From: Hyaloraphidium curvatum SAG 235-1
Taxonomy: Eukaryota; Fungi; Monoblepharomycota
Assembly (NCBI GenBank): GCA_025558095.1
Contig: JAIVFI010000040.1
Location: 248,001 to 312,000 of the forward strand
DNA: 64,000 nt
Reading direction: 5' to 3'
In this document: in pieces, positions 11,519 to 22,282 of the stretch
Numbering within the stretch: the first letter of the stretch is position 1
Layout: each line of letters starts with the position of its first letter
The notes under the pieces: model-generated
What the model saw: the letters and a program-made list of their open reading frames with translations, nothing else
Database searches by the model: none
What the model was told of the DNA's origin: nothing
Program-made: the position numbers and the translations under genes

Positions 11519-12706
11519 ATGGCGTTCAACTACGACAACGTGCGTCTCCGTCGCGCGATTCGCCCCGCGATCTCCCGGGACTTACTTCCGAGCCTGTCTC
11601 CCGTTCACTCGGCAATGTCGGAAACACGGCCCGCCCGGCCTACCAGTTCACGGACATCAAGGTCACCCGCGACGAGAAGGACGGGCGGATTGCGATTGTC
11701 ACGCTCAACAGGCCGGACAGGATGAACGCGTGGCGCGACCTCGGCCTGATGGGCTCGGACCTAGTCCGCGCCTTCAACCAGTTCGACCAGGACGACTCGG
11801 TGCGCGTCGTGGTGGTCACCGGCGCCGGCAAAGCGTTCTGCGCGGGCGCGGATCTTCAGCAAGCCGACAACCCGTTCGGCGACCGCGGCAGGGGGAGGAC
11901 GCTGCAGAACGCCAGGGACGGGGGCGGGCAGGCGGCGCTGGCGATCTCGAGGTGCAGGAAGGTGGTGATCGCGGCCGTCAACGGGGCAGCCGTCGGCATT
12001 GGGATCACCTGTGGGCTTTCGGTGCCGCCAGCTTTGGCATGCCGGGCTGATATCTCTTCAGGCACCCTGCCGATGGACATTCGCTTTGCCTGGAAGGACG
12101 CCAAGATCGGGTTCGTCTTTACCCGCCGCGGCATCGTTCCCGAGGCTACCTCGACCTACCGTGGGTGCTACTCTCGGCCCTTTCGAAACAGCTCGCCGTC
12201 TTACTCCTGCTTCTCGCCTCAGACCTCCCGCGCCTGATCGGCCACTCCAAGACGATGGCCCTCATGCTCACCGGCGAAGTGATCCCGGCTTCCCACAGGT
12301 GGCTCGAACCCCTCTGGGCGGACCTGCTCCCCCGGCCCGAGGACGTCCTCCCCGCCGCCCTTGACATGGCCCGCACCATTGCGACCAAGACCTCGGCGCT
12401 CTCCTGCGCCATGGTCAAGGCGCTCGTCTGGCGCGGGGCCGGCACGCCCGAGGAACAGCACCTGCTCGACAGCAGGGCGATGTTCGCCACGGGCTTGGGG
12501 CCGGATGCCGCCGAAGGGGTCAGGTCGTTCCGGGAGAAGCGGGACGTCAAGTTCGAGGGATCCGTGACCAAGGACATGGGAGCGGGGACGAACTTCTCGG
12601 GATTTTACCCGTGAGTTGTCTTCTCGGCGGCGTCGGGATCGCCGGCTGATGTTCGTGCAACAGGTGGTGGCGCGCCGTCGAAACCGACGGCGTCCCGAAG
12701 CTTTGA
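11519..12706 (+). CDS. Enoyl-CoA hydratase/isomerase (crotonase) paralog 1, C-terminus -VPKL
   Basis: LNRPDRMNA, TGAGKAFCAGADL, AAVNGAAVGIG, FTRRGIVPEA. Four introns; the last exon (12664-12706) gives WWRAVETDGVPKL*. Confidence 0.9.
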
Positions 12707-12834
12707 GCAAAGCTTACCGACGCGTATGCTCATGGGTCTCGCAAGGAATAGATCTTGCCCTTTTGGCGCCTCAGATCGTGCTATGGTCGTGCGAATGAGG
12801 CAGCCGCCACAGGCGGAGAACCAAACAAACCCCA

Positions 12835-15780
12835 ATGTCCCCGGCCGGGGCCATTCTGAAGCGCCACCGGGCGGCTATAGAGACACTGAGCTCCAATTCA
12901 GATGATGCGGAGCCATATCTTTACCACTGCAGCCCCGCCGGCTCGAGATTGGGGCCCTTTCCGGGGCTGCGAACGCTCGGATCCAGGGAAGGCGATGGCG
13001 GCCTTGTCGTGCGGTACCTCAGCCTGCGGACGCTCCTGCGAACAGCTTTCACGATTGCCGAGAATTTGGGGCTCCTGAGCGTCAGCCGCGAAGGCACGGA
13101 AGGACGTCAGCGGCAGGAGAAGGTGTACGACGAGTCGCGAGGGGATCCGACGCCCGTTGCGGTGCTCGTCGATAGCGGACCCCTCCTGGCTGCTTTGGAA
13201 CTCGGCGTTCTCTTTTCCGGACGCCCGTTCATGCCTCTCGATGCTGGGGACCCTCGTTGCGGTCTAATTCTGGCTTCAGTCCGGCCTGCGGTCGTGGTTG
13301 TGCCCGATTCCAGCGTCGCAGCGGAGCTCGCTTTTCGGGATCAGACGGCACGGACTGTCCGCCTTTCCGAGCTTCTCAGCTCGCCCACGGCTTGTACACC
13401 TCCGTCATTGGACGATTCTGGACGCTGCGCCCACATTTATCACACCTCGGGATCGACCGCGCTGCCGAAAGGCTGCCTTGTCTCCGATGCCGCTCTCGCC
13501 ACCTATGCCGAACGAAAGCCGGTGCTCCATGGGATCGGCGCCGCTTCGACGGTCATGATCACGAGTCCCATGACCTTTGACCCGCAATGGGGCGACCTGG
13601 TGTCGAGTCTGGCCGCTGGGGCGAAAGTGGTCACGATCGAAAAGGAGGTGCTGCTGAACGGGGAGTTGCTGTTTGCCGCTATGGAGAGGACCGGTACAAC
13701 GCACGTGTGCACGACGCCTTCCGTCTGGAGGAACGTGCCCGTGCCGCGCGAAACGGGGTACCTGAAGCTCCAAGTTGTCGCTCTAGGAGGGGAACGGACA
13801 CCACGGAAGCTCGCCGAAGCCTGGCACAACGCTGGAGTCAAGGTCCTGAACACTTACGGAGTGACGGAATGCTGCGTCTACCAGGCTGTCGCCGAGTTTC
13901 GGTCCGATCTTCCCGGGAGTGAGAGGCTGTTGGGTGTGCCTGTGGACCCCGGCGGCATCATGCTGAGGAAGCTCGGCAACGGGGAGGCCGATGCAGACGC
14001 CATGGATCGCACCTTTGCCGATCATGAGCTGCTGGCCCCGGACGAGCTGGAGCGGCTGTCATCGGCAGGCACTTTGGCCGAAATTGTGCTTGTTGGGACG
14101 ATGGTTGGTCGGTATCTCGGCGATCCTGCTTCCGAGCCTGTCGGCGGCTTTGTAGAGCATTCCAAGTATGGTCGGTGCTTCTATACCGGCGACCTCGTTT
14201 CCATGTCTCCCCGGGGCGCCTGGTTCCTTGCCGGACGGCACGCTAGCGACACGCGGATCAAGCTCGTTGGTCGCAGAGCGGACATCCTCGAGATCGAGGC
14301 CACTCTTTCAAAGGCTTGGATGGGAATTGTCAAGGACCTCTGCGTGTCCCTCGTCGGGTCAACGGCGGCAACGGTGCTGGCCTGCGCTTGCGTCGCGGCC
14401 GAGCCAGTGTCCGTGGAACATGCGACGCTCTGGGAGCGGTTGCTGAGGGAACTGGCACTGCCCGCACTGCCCAGCCATCTGGTCCCCGGGCACTTCATCC
14501 TCGTTGAGGGTCTCCCAATAGCTCGGACCGGGAAGCTGGACAGGAAGGCCGTGCGATGCCTGTTGGAGGAGCAGGTACGGCAGCGCGAGGACCAGGAATT
14601 GGAATCGGGAGACGGGACCGGACACGGTCACGCGGGCTGGCTCGCAGCAGTGACTTCGACGTGGCGTTCGGTGTTGAACATCGCGCACGATCCGTCGCCG
14701 AAGTCGCTGTTTGCAGAATGGGGAGGTGACTCTTTTGCTTGCACACGGGCGTGTGCTCTCCTGTGGACCGAGTTTCGTCGGAACCGAGCCCCCCGGCAGG
14801 ACACTGAGGATGGCGTAGTTGATGATGAGGATGCTGGGAAGTGGGGCGAGAAGCTCCCGGCTTCTTTCGGCCCGGGCGAGCTGATGAAGCAGCCCCGGCT
14901 CACTGATTGGGCGGCTCACTTTCGGGATCGATTTGGACCTTTTGCTGCGACTACATCCGACGCTGATGGTGCACAAGATGGACCTCCGAACATGTCTTCA
15001 TTGAGCATCGGCCCGCGGCATGCGCTCTCGGAACTCGACGCCCTCTTTCGGCACGCCTGCACCCTTCCCTCTCTCATCCTTGCAGCCTTTCTACTCGAGC
15101 GCGGGGTTATGCCCGATCTGGGTCTGCTCAATGGCTCTGCGACTCCGCTTCACGCCTCTCTCAACCTCGGACACGCAGCGATAGCCCTCCTGCTGCTGGA
15201 TCGCGGCGCCGACCCGCTCCGTCGGGGGCCGGAGGGCATGCTGCCTGTGCATTTCGCGGTCCATGGCTCGTTGAACTGTCCCGCAAAGGAAGCGGAAACC
15301 GTCCTCCGCGCGCTACTGGCGCGCGGGGCGAGGATCGATGCTCGGGATTCGGACGGGGGCGGGACGCTGCACCATGCGGCGCGGGCGGGAGTATCCAGAG
15401 GGATGTTTGGCCTGTTGGTTTCACTGCACCTGGACAACGGTGGCCCGCGCAAGGGTGGGAAGAAGGCCACACCTGCAGGTGCCGCACATCCTTTAGCAAG
15501 CAGGGACTCTCACGGCCGAACGCCTCTCCACTGGGCCACCCTCAACGGGCACCGGACGCTCGTGCAGCTCTTGTTGGAGCAGTACAGGGACGTTTGCTCG
15601 GTCGACGCCAAGGACAATGACGGGGAGACGGCTTTGGCCATGGCGATGCGAAGGGCGAGATGCGGCGCGGAGGAACGAGGAGGGAGGGGCGGAGCAATGG
15701 TCTGGGGCGACATTGCGGGATTGCTGGGCGGCGGAGGCTCAACGAAGGAGGTAAAAGGGTTCGCCAAAGCTGCCCACTAG
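12835..15780 (+). CDS. NRPS-like protein: adenylation - thiolation (PCP) - ankyrin repeats
   Basis: 981-aa intronless ORF. A-domain motifs YHTSGSTALPKG, FDP, NTYGVTE, FYTGDL, IKLVGRRADILEIE, TGKLDRK; carrier motif FAEWGGDSF (Ser codon 14731-14733); ankyrin motifs TPLHASL, GRTPLHWATLNGH, DGETALAMA. Confidence 0.9.
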   Translation: MSPAGAILKRHRAAIETLSSNSDDAEPYLYHCSPAGSRLGPFPGLRTLGSREGDGGLVVRYLSLRTLLRTAFTIAENLGLLSVSREGTEGRQRQEKVYDESRGDPTPVAVLVDSGPLLAALELGVLFSGRPFMPLDAGDPRCGLILASVRPAVVVVPDSSVAAELAFRDQTARTVRLSELLSSPTACTPPSLDDSGRCAHIYHTSGSTALPKGCLVSDAALATYAERKPVLHGIGAASTVMITSPMTFDPQWGDLVSSLAAGAKVVTIEKEVLLNGELLFAAMERTGTTHVCTTPSVWRNVPVPRETGYLKLQVVALGGERTPRKLAEAWHNAGVKVLNTYGVTECCVYQAVAEFRSDLPGSERLLGVPVDPGGIMLRKLGNGEADADAMDRTFADHELLAPDELERLSSAGTLAEIVLVGTMVGRYLGDPASEPVGGFVEHSKYGRCFYTGDLVSMSPRGAWFLAGRHASDTRIKLVGRRADILEIEATLSKAWMGIVKDLCVSLVGSTAATVLACACVAAEPVSVEHATLWERLLRELALPALPSHLVPGHFILVEGLPIARTGKLDRKAVRCLLEEQVRQREDQELESGDGTGHGHAGWLAAVTSTWRSVLNIAHDPSPKSLFAEWGGDSFACTRACALLWTEFRRNRAPRQDTEDGVVDDEDAGKWGEKLPASFGPGELMKQPRLTDWAAHFRDRFGPFAATTSDADGAQDGPPNMSSLSIGPRHALSELDALFRHACTLPSLILAAFLLERGVMPDLGLLNGSATPLHASLNLGHAAIALLLLDRGADPLRRGPEGMLPVHFAVHGSLNCPAKEAETVLRALLARGARIDARDSDGGGTLHHAARAGVSRGMFGLLVSLHLDNGGPRKGGKKATPAGAAHPLASRDSHGRTPLHWATLNGHRTLVQLLLEQYRDVCSVDAKDNDGETALAMAMRRARCGAEERGGRGGAMVWGDIAGLLGGGGSTKEVKGFAKAAH

Positions 15781-15871
15781 GCAGAGTAAGGCTACATTAG
15801 GCAGAGCGTGGCTGCACTTGATCTAGCCCGCTCGGCAGAGTGTGGCTGCATTAGGCAGAGCGTGGCTACTA
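15778..15871. repeat. Four degenerate 20-nt direct repeats (TAGGCAGAGCGTGGCTGCAT consensus)
   Basis: Units at 15778, 15798, 15832 and 15852 fill the gap between two convergent stop codons. Confidence 0.8.
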
Positions 15872-16963
15872 TCCATCGAAGGTGTAAGGCGGCGGCCGGA
15901 AGAAAACGACCATGACCGAGAGATTGTCCATGCTCACTGAACCCCGCTTCATGGCTTCGTTTGTGGCTTCCGCCACGAGCATCTTGGCCGTCTGCTTCAG
16001 CCTCTGCCTCAGCACGCTCTCCTGCATCGGCAACAAAGTCGGCGCCGTCACGTGCTTGTACACCAAGCGCACGGCGTCCGCCGGAGAGAGAAAGTCCCAC
16101 AAGCCGTCGCTGGCGAGGACGACAAAGTGGGCGTCCGGGCCGAGGTCCCTGCGAGCGACGTGGGGAATGCAGCTGACCCACGGCTTGCACCGAAAGTCGC
16201 CCAAAGTCCGGCTGGGAAGGAGCGTCCCCATGGCGCGATGGTGGCCCATCTGGTCGAGGGACACGAAGCCCCCGCGCTGCTGGATCGCGGCTTGCTCGAC
16301 GGCACTTGAGGAGTCATGTTTGGTTGTCAGCAGATCCGGCTTTCCGCCCACCGCCATCACGGCCTCGCAGTCGCCGACGTTGCCTACATAGAGGCTGATG
16401 GGCGCTGCACGGGCCGAGCCCCAGCGCACGTAGATGAAGACGGCTACAGCGCCCTGGTCCTGCGCGAGGGACCAGCGAGTGGGATCCGAGGAAAGGGCCT
16501 TCTCGAGGGCGAGGAAGGATCCGAAGAGAGGGTCGCGTACGCCGCCTTCAGCCACGGGAATGTGGGCCGCCTTGGCCTCGAGCGCGTGCGGGCGAGGTTT
16601 ATCCAAAGGCAGCGTCGCCAGGTCGTGGAAATGTCCGTAGAAATGATCGCGAACGTACTTGGCCACATCCACGCCGCCGTGTCCGTCCACGACGCCGAAG
16701 AGAGCCGAGAGCGAGTGCAGTTCGGGGTGCTTCACGGCCGGCGGCGGCGTGCTTCCGAGCGGACACGCGTCCACAAAGACCGACTTGTCTTCCATGTAGG
16801 CTCTATCGTTCTGAACCTGCGCGTAGCTGACTTCGAAAACGGAACGAGGAACGAAGGTATCGCTCCCAATCGGCTGCGATGCCGCAGCAGGGCCGTAGGA
16901 GCTCGGATGGCCATAATGGAAAGACACTTGACTCGCGCCGAACAGCGTGGAAGTCGACGCCAT
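15869..16963 (-). CDS. Protein phosphatase 2C (PPM family)
   Basis: RAYMED, FGVVDGHGG, NVGDCEAV, SRTLGDF, VLASDGLWD, DNLSVMVV. Start placed at MASTSTLF. Confidence 0.92.
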   Translation of the reverse strand: MASTSTLFGASQVSFHYGHPSSYGPAAASQPIGSDTFVPRSVFEVSYAQVQNDRAYMEDKSVFVDACPLGSTPPPAVKHPELHSLSALFGVVDGHGGVDVAKYVRDHFYGHFHDLATLPLDKPRPHALEAKAAHIPVAEGGVRDPLFGSFLALEKALSSDPTRWSLAQDQGAVAVFIYVRWGSARAAPISLYVGNVGDCEAVMAVGGKPDLLTTKHDSSSAVEQAAIQQRGGFVSLDQMGHHRAMGTLLPSRTLGDFRCKPWVSCIPHVARRDLGPDAHFVVLASDGLWDFLSPADAVRLVYKHVTAPTLLPMQESVLRQRLKQTAKMLVAEATNEAMKRGSVSMDNLSVMVVFFRPPPYTFDG

Positions 16964-17243
16964 TGAATTAAGCGCGCTAGAACGGCGCCAGAGGCCTCCA
17001 GGTTGTGTTTGCCGGACCGCCCGGTACGTGTGTCCTGTCTTCTCAGAAATGGCACTGTAAGCCTGGTCTATCTCCGGTGCCGGTCCCCGCGGCATTCTCC
17101 TCATATCGCCAGAGAAAGCCGAGCCAATTGCGATACTGAAGGGCAAAACTGCCCACACCGGGCGGTGGATTCGGATTAGTCGTCCTCCCTGGCCGTACCT
17201 CCCCAAAACTTGCCGGAAGCCCACTTCCCGCCGCTGGCTCTCA

Positions 17244-17742
17244 ATGGCGGCCGATTCGGACGCGGACCTGCCCGAAACCGCACTCTTAGGACTCCTTCTA
17301 CCGCAAGCACAGCCACACCCCGCCCTCCACCTCATATTGGACCTCTCGATTCCGTGGCTTCGCGATCCCCGAGATCTCGCCGCTCTGGAATGCTCACGCG
17401 CCTTGCGCGTCCTGGTCTCGGACCACCCGCGATGGCGGGAACTCGTGCTGAGGCAGTTTGCGGGGGAGGTTCTGGCGCCAGACGGGGACTGGAAGCGGGC
17501 GTACAGGTGCTGCGGGCCTGCTGTCCAGTTTGCTAGCTACTGACAGTTACCGTTCCTCCTCCCTCTCTCCTTCTTCCCCTTCTTTTCCTCTCCTCCCCAG
17601 GGAAGCGGACGAGGAACGGAAGCGCAAGATGGCGGAGCCGTTCGAAGGGGGGTTATCGGCCGTTTTCTGGGCCGCGATATCGAGGGGCGTCGTCGGCGCT
17701 ATAATCTGGGCTCAGCGGATGTGGGGTCAGTTTAAGGTTTGA
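17244..17742 (+). CDS. Small F-box-like protein
   Basis: LSIPWLRDPRDLAALECSRALRVL..WRELV..DWKRAY pattern; intron 17507-17600; second exon ends GQFKV*. Confidence 0.6.
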
Positions 17743-18037
17743 TCTTGATTCCTTGTAGATGTTGTAGATGAGAGACTACTTCTTTTGGATGCCTTTTCCC
17801 GTTTGGGCGGAGTTCTTGTCGTCGTCCAGGGCGTGTCGCGTGCTGATCGTCCGATCCACGGTCCTGCGTCTTTGTCTTGCAATAGAGCACAACGCTGCAA
17901 CGAAAAGAACAACACTGCTATACGTGAAAGACGGCGAACTGATCGGCGGAGTTTGCCACATCCACGCAGGGCACCGCCGATCGTTGCCCGCGTCCTCGAA
18001 TCAACAAACCGTTCCACATCAGTAATCCGCACCGAAA

Positions 18038-18722
18038 ATGAGCGCCACGCCCGCCGTCCGCGAAGTCTCTGCATCGGACGCAACAGTACTCGCCGCCATC
18101 TCGCGGCTGCGCGTTGCAGTGTGGACGCACGAAACCTCCCCCTCTTCCTCCCCTCCCTCCTTTCCTCCCTCTCTTTCTCCCTCTCCTCTCCCTCCTTCTT
18201 TTTCTTCTTCTTCCATACTCCCCCTCCTCCCCCCCCCTCTCCTCCCTCCTCCCTTCTTCCTTCCCCTCTTCTTTCCTCTCTCCTCTCCCTTTCTCTCTCC
18301 TTCCTCTCCCTCTCCTCCTTCTTCTCTTCGATGCGCCCGATGGATCCGGGGAGCTGGTCGCGTGCGCTAGGTTGACGGTCCACGAACGGGCGGAGGACTC
18401 GCCCGACGGCAGATACTGGATCGAGAACGGCCTCCAGCTACCTGGGCCCGTCGGAAACATTTCAAAGCTCGTCGTGGACCCCTCCTGCCGCGGCCAGGGA
18501 CTCGCCTCGCGTCTCAACGCAATCCGTCTGGACGCCGCAAAGGACATGGGATGCCGGACCATGACCGTCACGGCGTCCGAGAGCAACGCGCGGCTGCTGG
18601 CAAAGCTCGGCTTTGTGGACACGGGCGTCCGGATGGAGTTTGACAACAGGCCCGGCGTCGAGTTCCGGGCACTGGAGCTGGATATGGACAAGTGGAAGGC
18701 GGCTGGAGTGCCAGGGCCTTAG
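18038..18722 (+). pseudogene. GNAT-family acetyltransferase interrupted by a pyrimidine tract (pseudogene or assembly artefact)
   Basis: The N-terminal part (..ISRLRVAVWTHET) and C-terminal part (ELVACARL..ISKLVVDPSCRGQGLA..LLAKLGF) are in different frames, separated by 195 nt of C/T. Confidence 0.7.
18135..18329 (+). repeat. Polypyrimidine (C/T) low-complexity tract
   Basis: 195 nt containing only two purines (both A) and no G. Confidence 0.95.
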
Positions 18723-18750
18723 CGGAGAATGGAGGGTGGACAAAGCCGGT

Positions 18751-18916
18751 GCCCGACGGGAGCTGGAAGCAGGCGTACCGGTGAGTGCGGAACCACGTCA
18801 GGTCGGGCGGAAGGCATCCCACACGCTTTTCAGGACCGCAACTGAGGAACTCTTCTCTTGGGCCGCACTATCGAGGGCGTCGTGGGCGCAATCATCTGGG
18901 ACAGTTCAAGGTTTGA
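18751..18916 (+). pseudogene. Decayed duplicate of the 3' half of the 17244-17742 F-box-like gene
   Basis: PDGSWKQAY vs PDGDWKRAY with the same intron position; ggccgcactatcgagggcgtcgtgggcgcaatcatctggg..cagttcaaggtttga aligns to 17671-17742 with deletions. Confidence 0.8.
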
Positions 18917-19047
18917 AAGCCTTCTAAGTTCGGTACATTTGATCTTTGAACCATGATTTCTAGAGTCTAGCATACACGAGAGTGTCCAGATTGATGTCTG
19001 AGAATGTCAAGAAGCTCCGTTGCCGTCACCCGAGCCCGCCCATACCC

Positions 19048-20580
19048 TCACAGCCTCGGGCTCCCGTTCGCCTGCACGGCCGTCCCATTCTGCGCCTCCT
19101 CCCCCTTCTGCTCGTCCGTCTCCTCGTCGATCCTGTCCATGCCCCTGCCCTCCTTATCTTCCTCCTCCTTGTCCCTCTTTTCCGCCTCGGGAAGCGGCAG
19201 CACCGCGTCGCCCTCCCCGGCAACGAGCACCGCGTCCCCGTCCAGCGTCTCGCCGACGAGGTAGCCCTCGTACTCCTTCGGAACCAGCCCGCGCGCAACC
19301 TCGGAGCCGAGGCGCAGCCGGAGGAAACCGAGGGCGGCCCGGTTCTGCGCCCTCGCCGCCTTCACCGGGTCCGCCTTGCCCGCCATCCCCGTGGCCCTGA
19401 TCAGGGTGGGAAGGAGCAGCGGCAGGTCGCTCGCGTTCTGGTGCGCGGTGTCGGGGAACGTGAGGAACGCCGAGTCGCGCTCCTGCGCCGGCATCGGGGA
19501 ACCCGGCATGAGGTGCGGGAAGAGGGCGTGGAGGCGGACGAGGTTGGCACGCCAGTGAAAGGAGGAAGAGTTGAGGCTCAGCAGGGGAACAGAAAGGCGG
19601 GTGTCGGCGGGAACGGCAAACATCCAGGCGTCCAGAAGGATGCCGCAGCGGAAGCGGGAGCCGAGGAGCGGGGAGCCGAGCACGTTGAGGGCGGTAGCGG
19701 CGCCGAAGCTATGGCCGGCCATGGCGGCGTTGGAGACGTCCAAGCGGCCCTTGAACTGCGACCAGTCGAACGCGTCTGCAGCCTGGCCCCCGGTAGCAGC
19801 TAGACCGCCGTCGTAGGTGCCAGCATCGAGCTTTTCGAGAAAGTCGAGGCACTGGCCAACCTGATCGGTGCGGAAGGCGAGCTGCGAGGAACGGAACAGC
19901 CGGGCCTTTTCCCACTCGGCCGCGTCCTCGAGCTTGAAAGGCGGGCGCCGGTAGTGGATCGGATACCGCCCCGAATCGATCGCCGTGGCGCACGCCGAAG
20001 AGTCGGAATGCTCGAGCGCAGCGACCACGAAACCGTAGCTCGCGAGGGTGCCGCAGAAGTAGCTGTACGTTGAGCGACAGCCCCCGAGGCCGTGGCTGAA
20101 CACGATGACCGGTAACTTGTCCATGCCGTTGGCGGGCGGCGCCAGCGGGGTCGACACCCAGTCCCAAGTCCAAGTGAGCGCGAACAGGGAGCGGAACGCG
20201 GCCGCGGCGAGCGACGCGGGCACGCCGATGAAGGATCCGTAGCCGCCGCCGTACAGGCCGGGCGGATCCGGCAGCCAGCCAGCCCTTTTGGCGCCCGGCG
20301 TTGGCTTTGTCGGGTAGAACAGCCGCACGGAAAAGCCCTCGACGGGGTGAATGGCCGAGGTCCAAAGCGCGGCGTCCGTGGCGGTTGCGGGCACCGACTC
20401 GGGCCGTGGCGCATCGGCGGCGGCGCAGCGCCGCGATGCAATGTGCTCGTGGTCGCGCACCGCGACCTCGTGCGGGCCTGGATACGCCGGCAGGTTGGGG
20501 GTGAAAAGGCGCGCCGCGCTGCCGACCAAGCGCGAGAGCAACGACGGAGACGTCGCGGAAGGCATGCTGGAGTCGCCCAT
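19048..20580 (-). CDS. Platelet-activating factor acetylhydrolase (PAF-AH II)-like lipase, C-terminus -PRL
   Basis: PVIVFSHGLGG, LASYGFVVAALEHSD, nucleophile elbow GHSFG, LLDAWM, HQNASD; intronless. Confidence 0.9.
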   Translation of the reverse strand: MGDSSMPSATSPSLLSRLVGSAARLFTPNLPAYPGPHEVAVRDHEHIASRRCAAADAPRPESVPATATDAALWTSAIHPVEGFSVRLFYPTKPTPGAKRAGWLPDPPGLYGGGYGSFIGVPASLAAAAFRSLFALTWTWDWVSTPLAPPANGMDKLPVIVFSHGLGGCRSTYSYFCGTLASYGFVVAALEHSDSSACATAIDSGRYPIHYRRPPFKLEDAAEWEKARLFRSSQLAFRTDQVGQCLDFLEKLDAGTYDGGLAATGGQAADAFDWSQFKGRLDVSNAAMAGHSFGAATALNVLGSPLLGSRFRCGILLDAWMFAVPADTRLSVPLLSLNSSSFHWRANLVRLHALFPHLMPGSPMPAQERDSAFLTFPDTAHQNASDLPLLLPTLIRATGMAGKADPVKAARAQNRAALGFLRLRLGSEVARGLVPKEYEGYLVGETLDGDAVLVAGEGDAVLPLPEAEKRDKEEEDKEGRGMDRIDEETDEQKGEEAQNGTAVQANGSPRL

Positions 20581-20796
20581 GCGTTCGAGCGGAGCTTTGT
20601 TTCGTGTTTCCCGCTGTCACGAGCTGAGCGGGAAAACGTCGGCACTCGTCCCGCTCACTTCCATCTCCGCTCACGCGCAGAAGACTGCGCGAAGAGATGA
20701 TTCTGCAAAGGAATCTGGCCATTGATTGATGCCTGGACTGATTGACTGCCTCAGACACTCTATATTTTGCCTAGGACACTTCACACCCCGAGAACC

Positions 20797-22282
20797 TCAA
20801 AGCTTCGACTTGTTGACGAGCCCGGCGAGGTTGGTGAGCACCTTCTGAGCACCGGAAACCATCTCCTGGACGATATCAGCTGCAGACTTAACGTCCTCGA
20901 TGTTTCCAGCGACCTGACCCTGTTGCCGGACGGGCGTTAGCTCAAGTTGGGCACGCCCAGTACCCGGACCCACCATAAGCATGGGCTGGAAGTCGATCAT
21001 CTGCTGCGGCGTAAGCTCCTTGCCGCCAGTGGTCATCTTCTCGACGAGGTCCTGGTGCGGCAGAACGCCGGCGCCGGTGAGGCGCTTGATGTCCTCCTGC
21101 TTGGTCTCTTCCCACTCCTTGACGTCTGGAAAATGGGGGGGCGGTTAGTCGGGCCGGGGTCGGATTGGGAGACAGGTTCGCCGTACAGGGAGTCGCGAAG
21201 ACGCGCATGGGGCGGCCGGTGTAGATGACGGTGCGGACAGTGTCGTGGTGGGTGGCCTTGATGACGTGCTGCTGGTGCCTCGGGCTCGCGCCGGCCTCCT
21301 TCGCATTGACAAAGCGGGTGCCGACCCACACGCCGGCAGCGCCGAGGGCGAGGGCCATGGCGAGGCCGCGGCCGTCGCCGATGCCGCCAGCGCCGACGAC
21401 GATGATGTCCTTGCCGGTCAGCGGGCTCTTCTTGCCCTTGCAGATGTCCACGACCTTGGGGATCAGAACGGAGGTGGCGACCTCGCCTGCACATCACGTC
21501 AGAACTCGTCAATTGCGTTGCCCGCAAAGACCAACCGGTGTGGCCGCCGCCCTCGGAGCCCTGGGCGCAGATGATGTCGACGCCGACGTCGAGCGCCTTG
21601 AGCGCGTGCTTGGCGGCACCGATCATGTTCATGACGGGGATGCCGGCAGCGTGGAGCTTGTCTACGGCCCACTTGGGGGGCACGCCGACGGCCGAGACGA
21701 AGAGCTTGCACTTCTCCTCGATCATGATGTCGACGAGCTCGGGGAGGGTGCCGCCTAGACGGAGGATCGGCAAGGGTCAGCGCGCCGCAATGGCTACATA
21801 TGGAGCGACCAATGCCCACCGGTGTAGTCCTTGTTGGTCTTGCGGGCGTTGCCGCCGACCTGGGGCAGGAGAAGGTCAATGCCCCAGGGCAGGTTGGGGT
21901 TCTTGAGCTCGGCCTTGATCTCCTTGATCTGGCGCCTCACTGCAGGTGCCCATCCATCAGCGATGCTTCCAGCACATCCGGTGCCGAGGAACCCACGCAT
22001 GGCGGGGGTGAACGAGACACCACCGAGCACACCGATGCCGCCGGCGTTCGAGACGGCCTGTCGGGAACAATCGCAGTCAGGACGCCGTCGGACACGAACC
22101 AGCAACAGCGGATGACGTACAGCGACGAGCTCAGCACCGGCGACGGCACCCATGCCGGCAAGCATAATCTGCGGGGACGGCGGATCAGACGGGAAACAAA
22201 GCCGAACCGGGGCCGAACGCACCGGGTGCTCCATCCCGAAGAGGTCCGTGAGGGGAGTGCGGATGCTGGGAGTGACCGACAT
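20797..22282 (-). CDS. Nitronate monooxygenase / 2-nitropropane dioxygenase family, paralog 1, C-terminus -SKL
   Basis: IMLAGM, GIDLLLPQVGGNARKTN, QGSEGGGHTG, GAGGIGDGRG, VWVGTRF; seven introns. Confidence 0.9.

Noticed and set aside
11519-16963. Classical secondary-metabolite cluster around the NRPS-like gene
   Set aside because: Neighbours are PP2C, a splicing factor and a crotonase; no adjacent transporter or tailoring set, though a link to the crotonase cannot be excluded.
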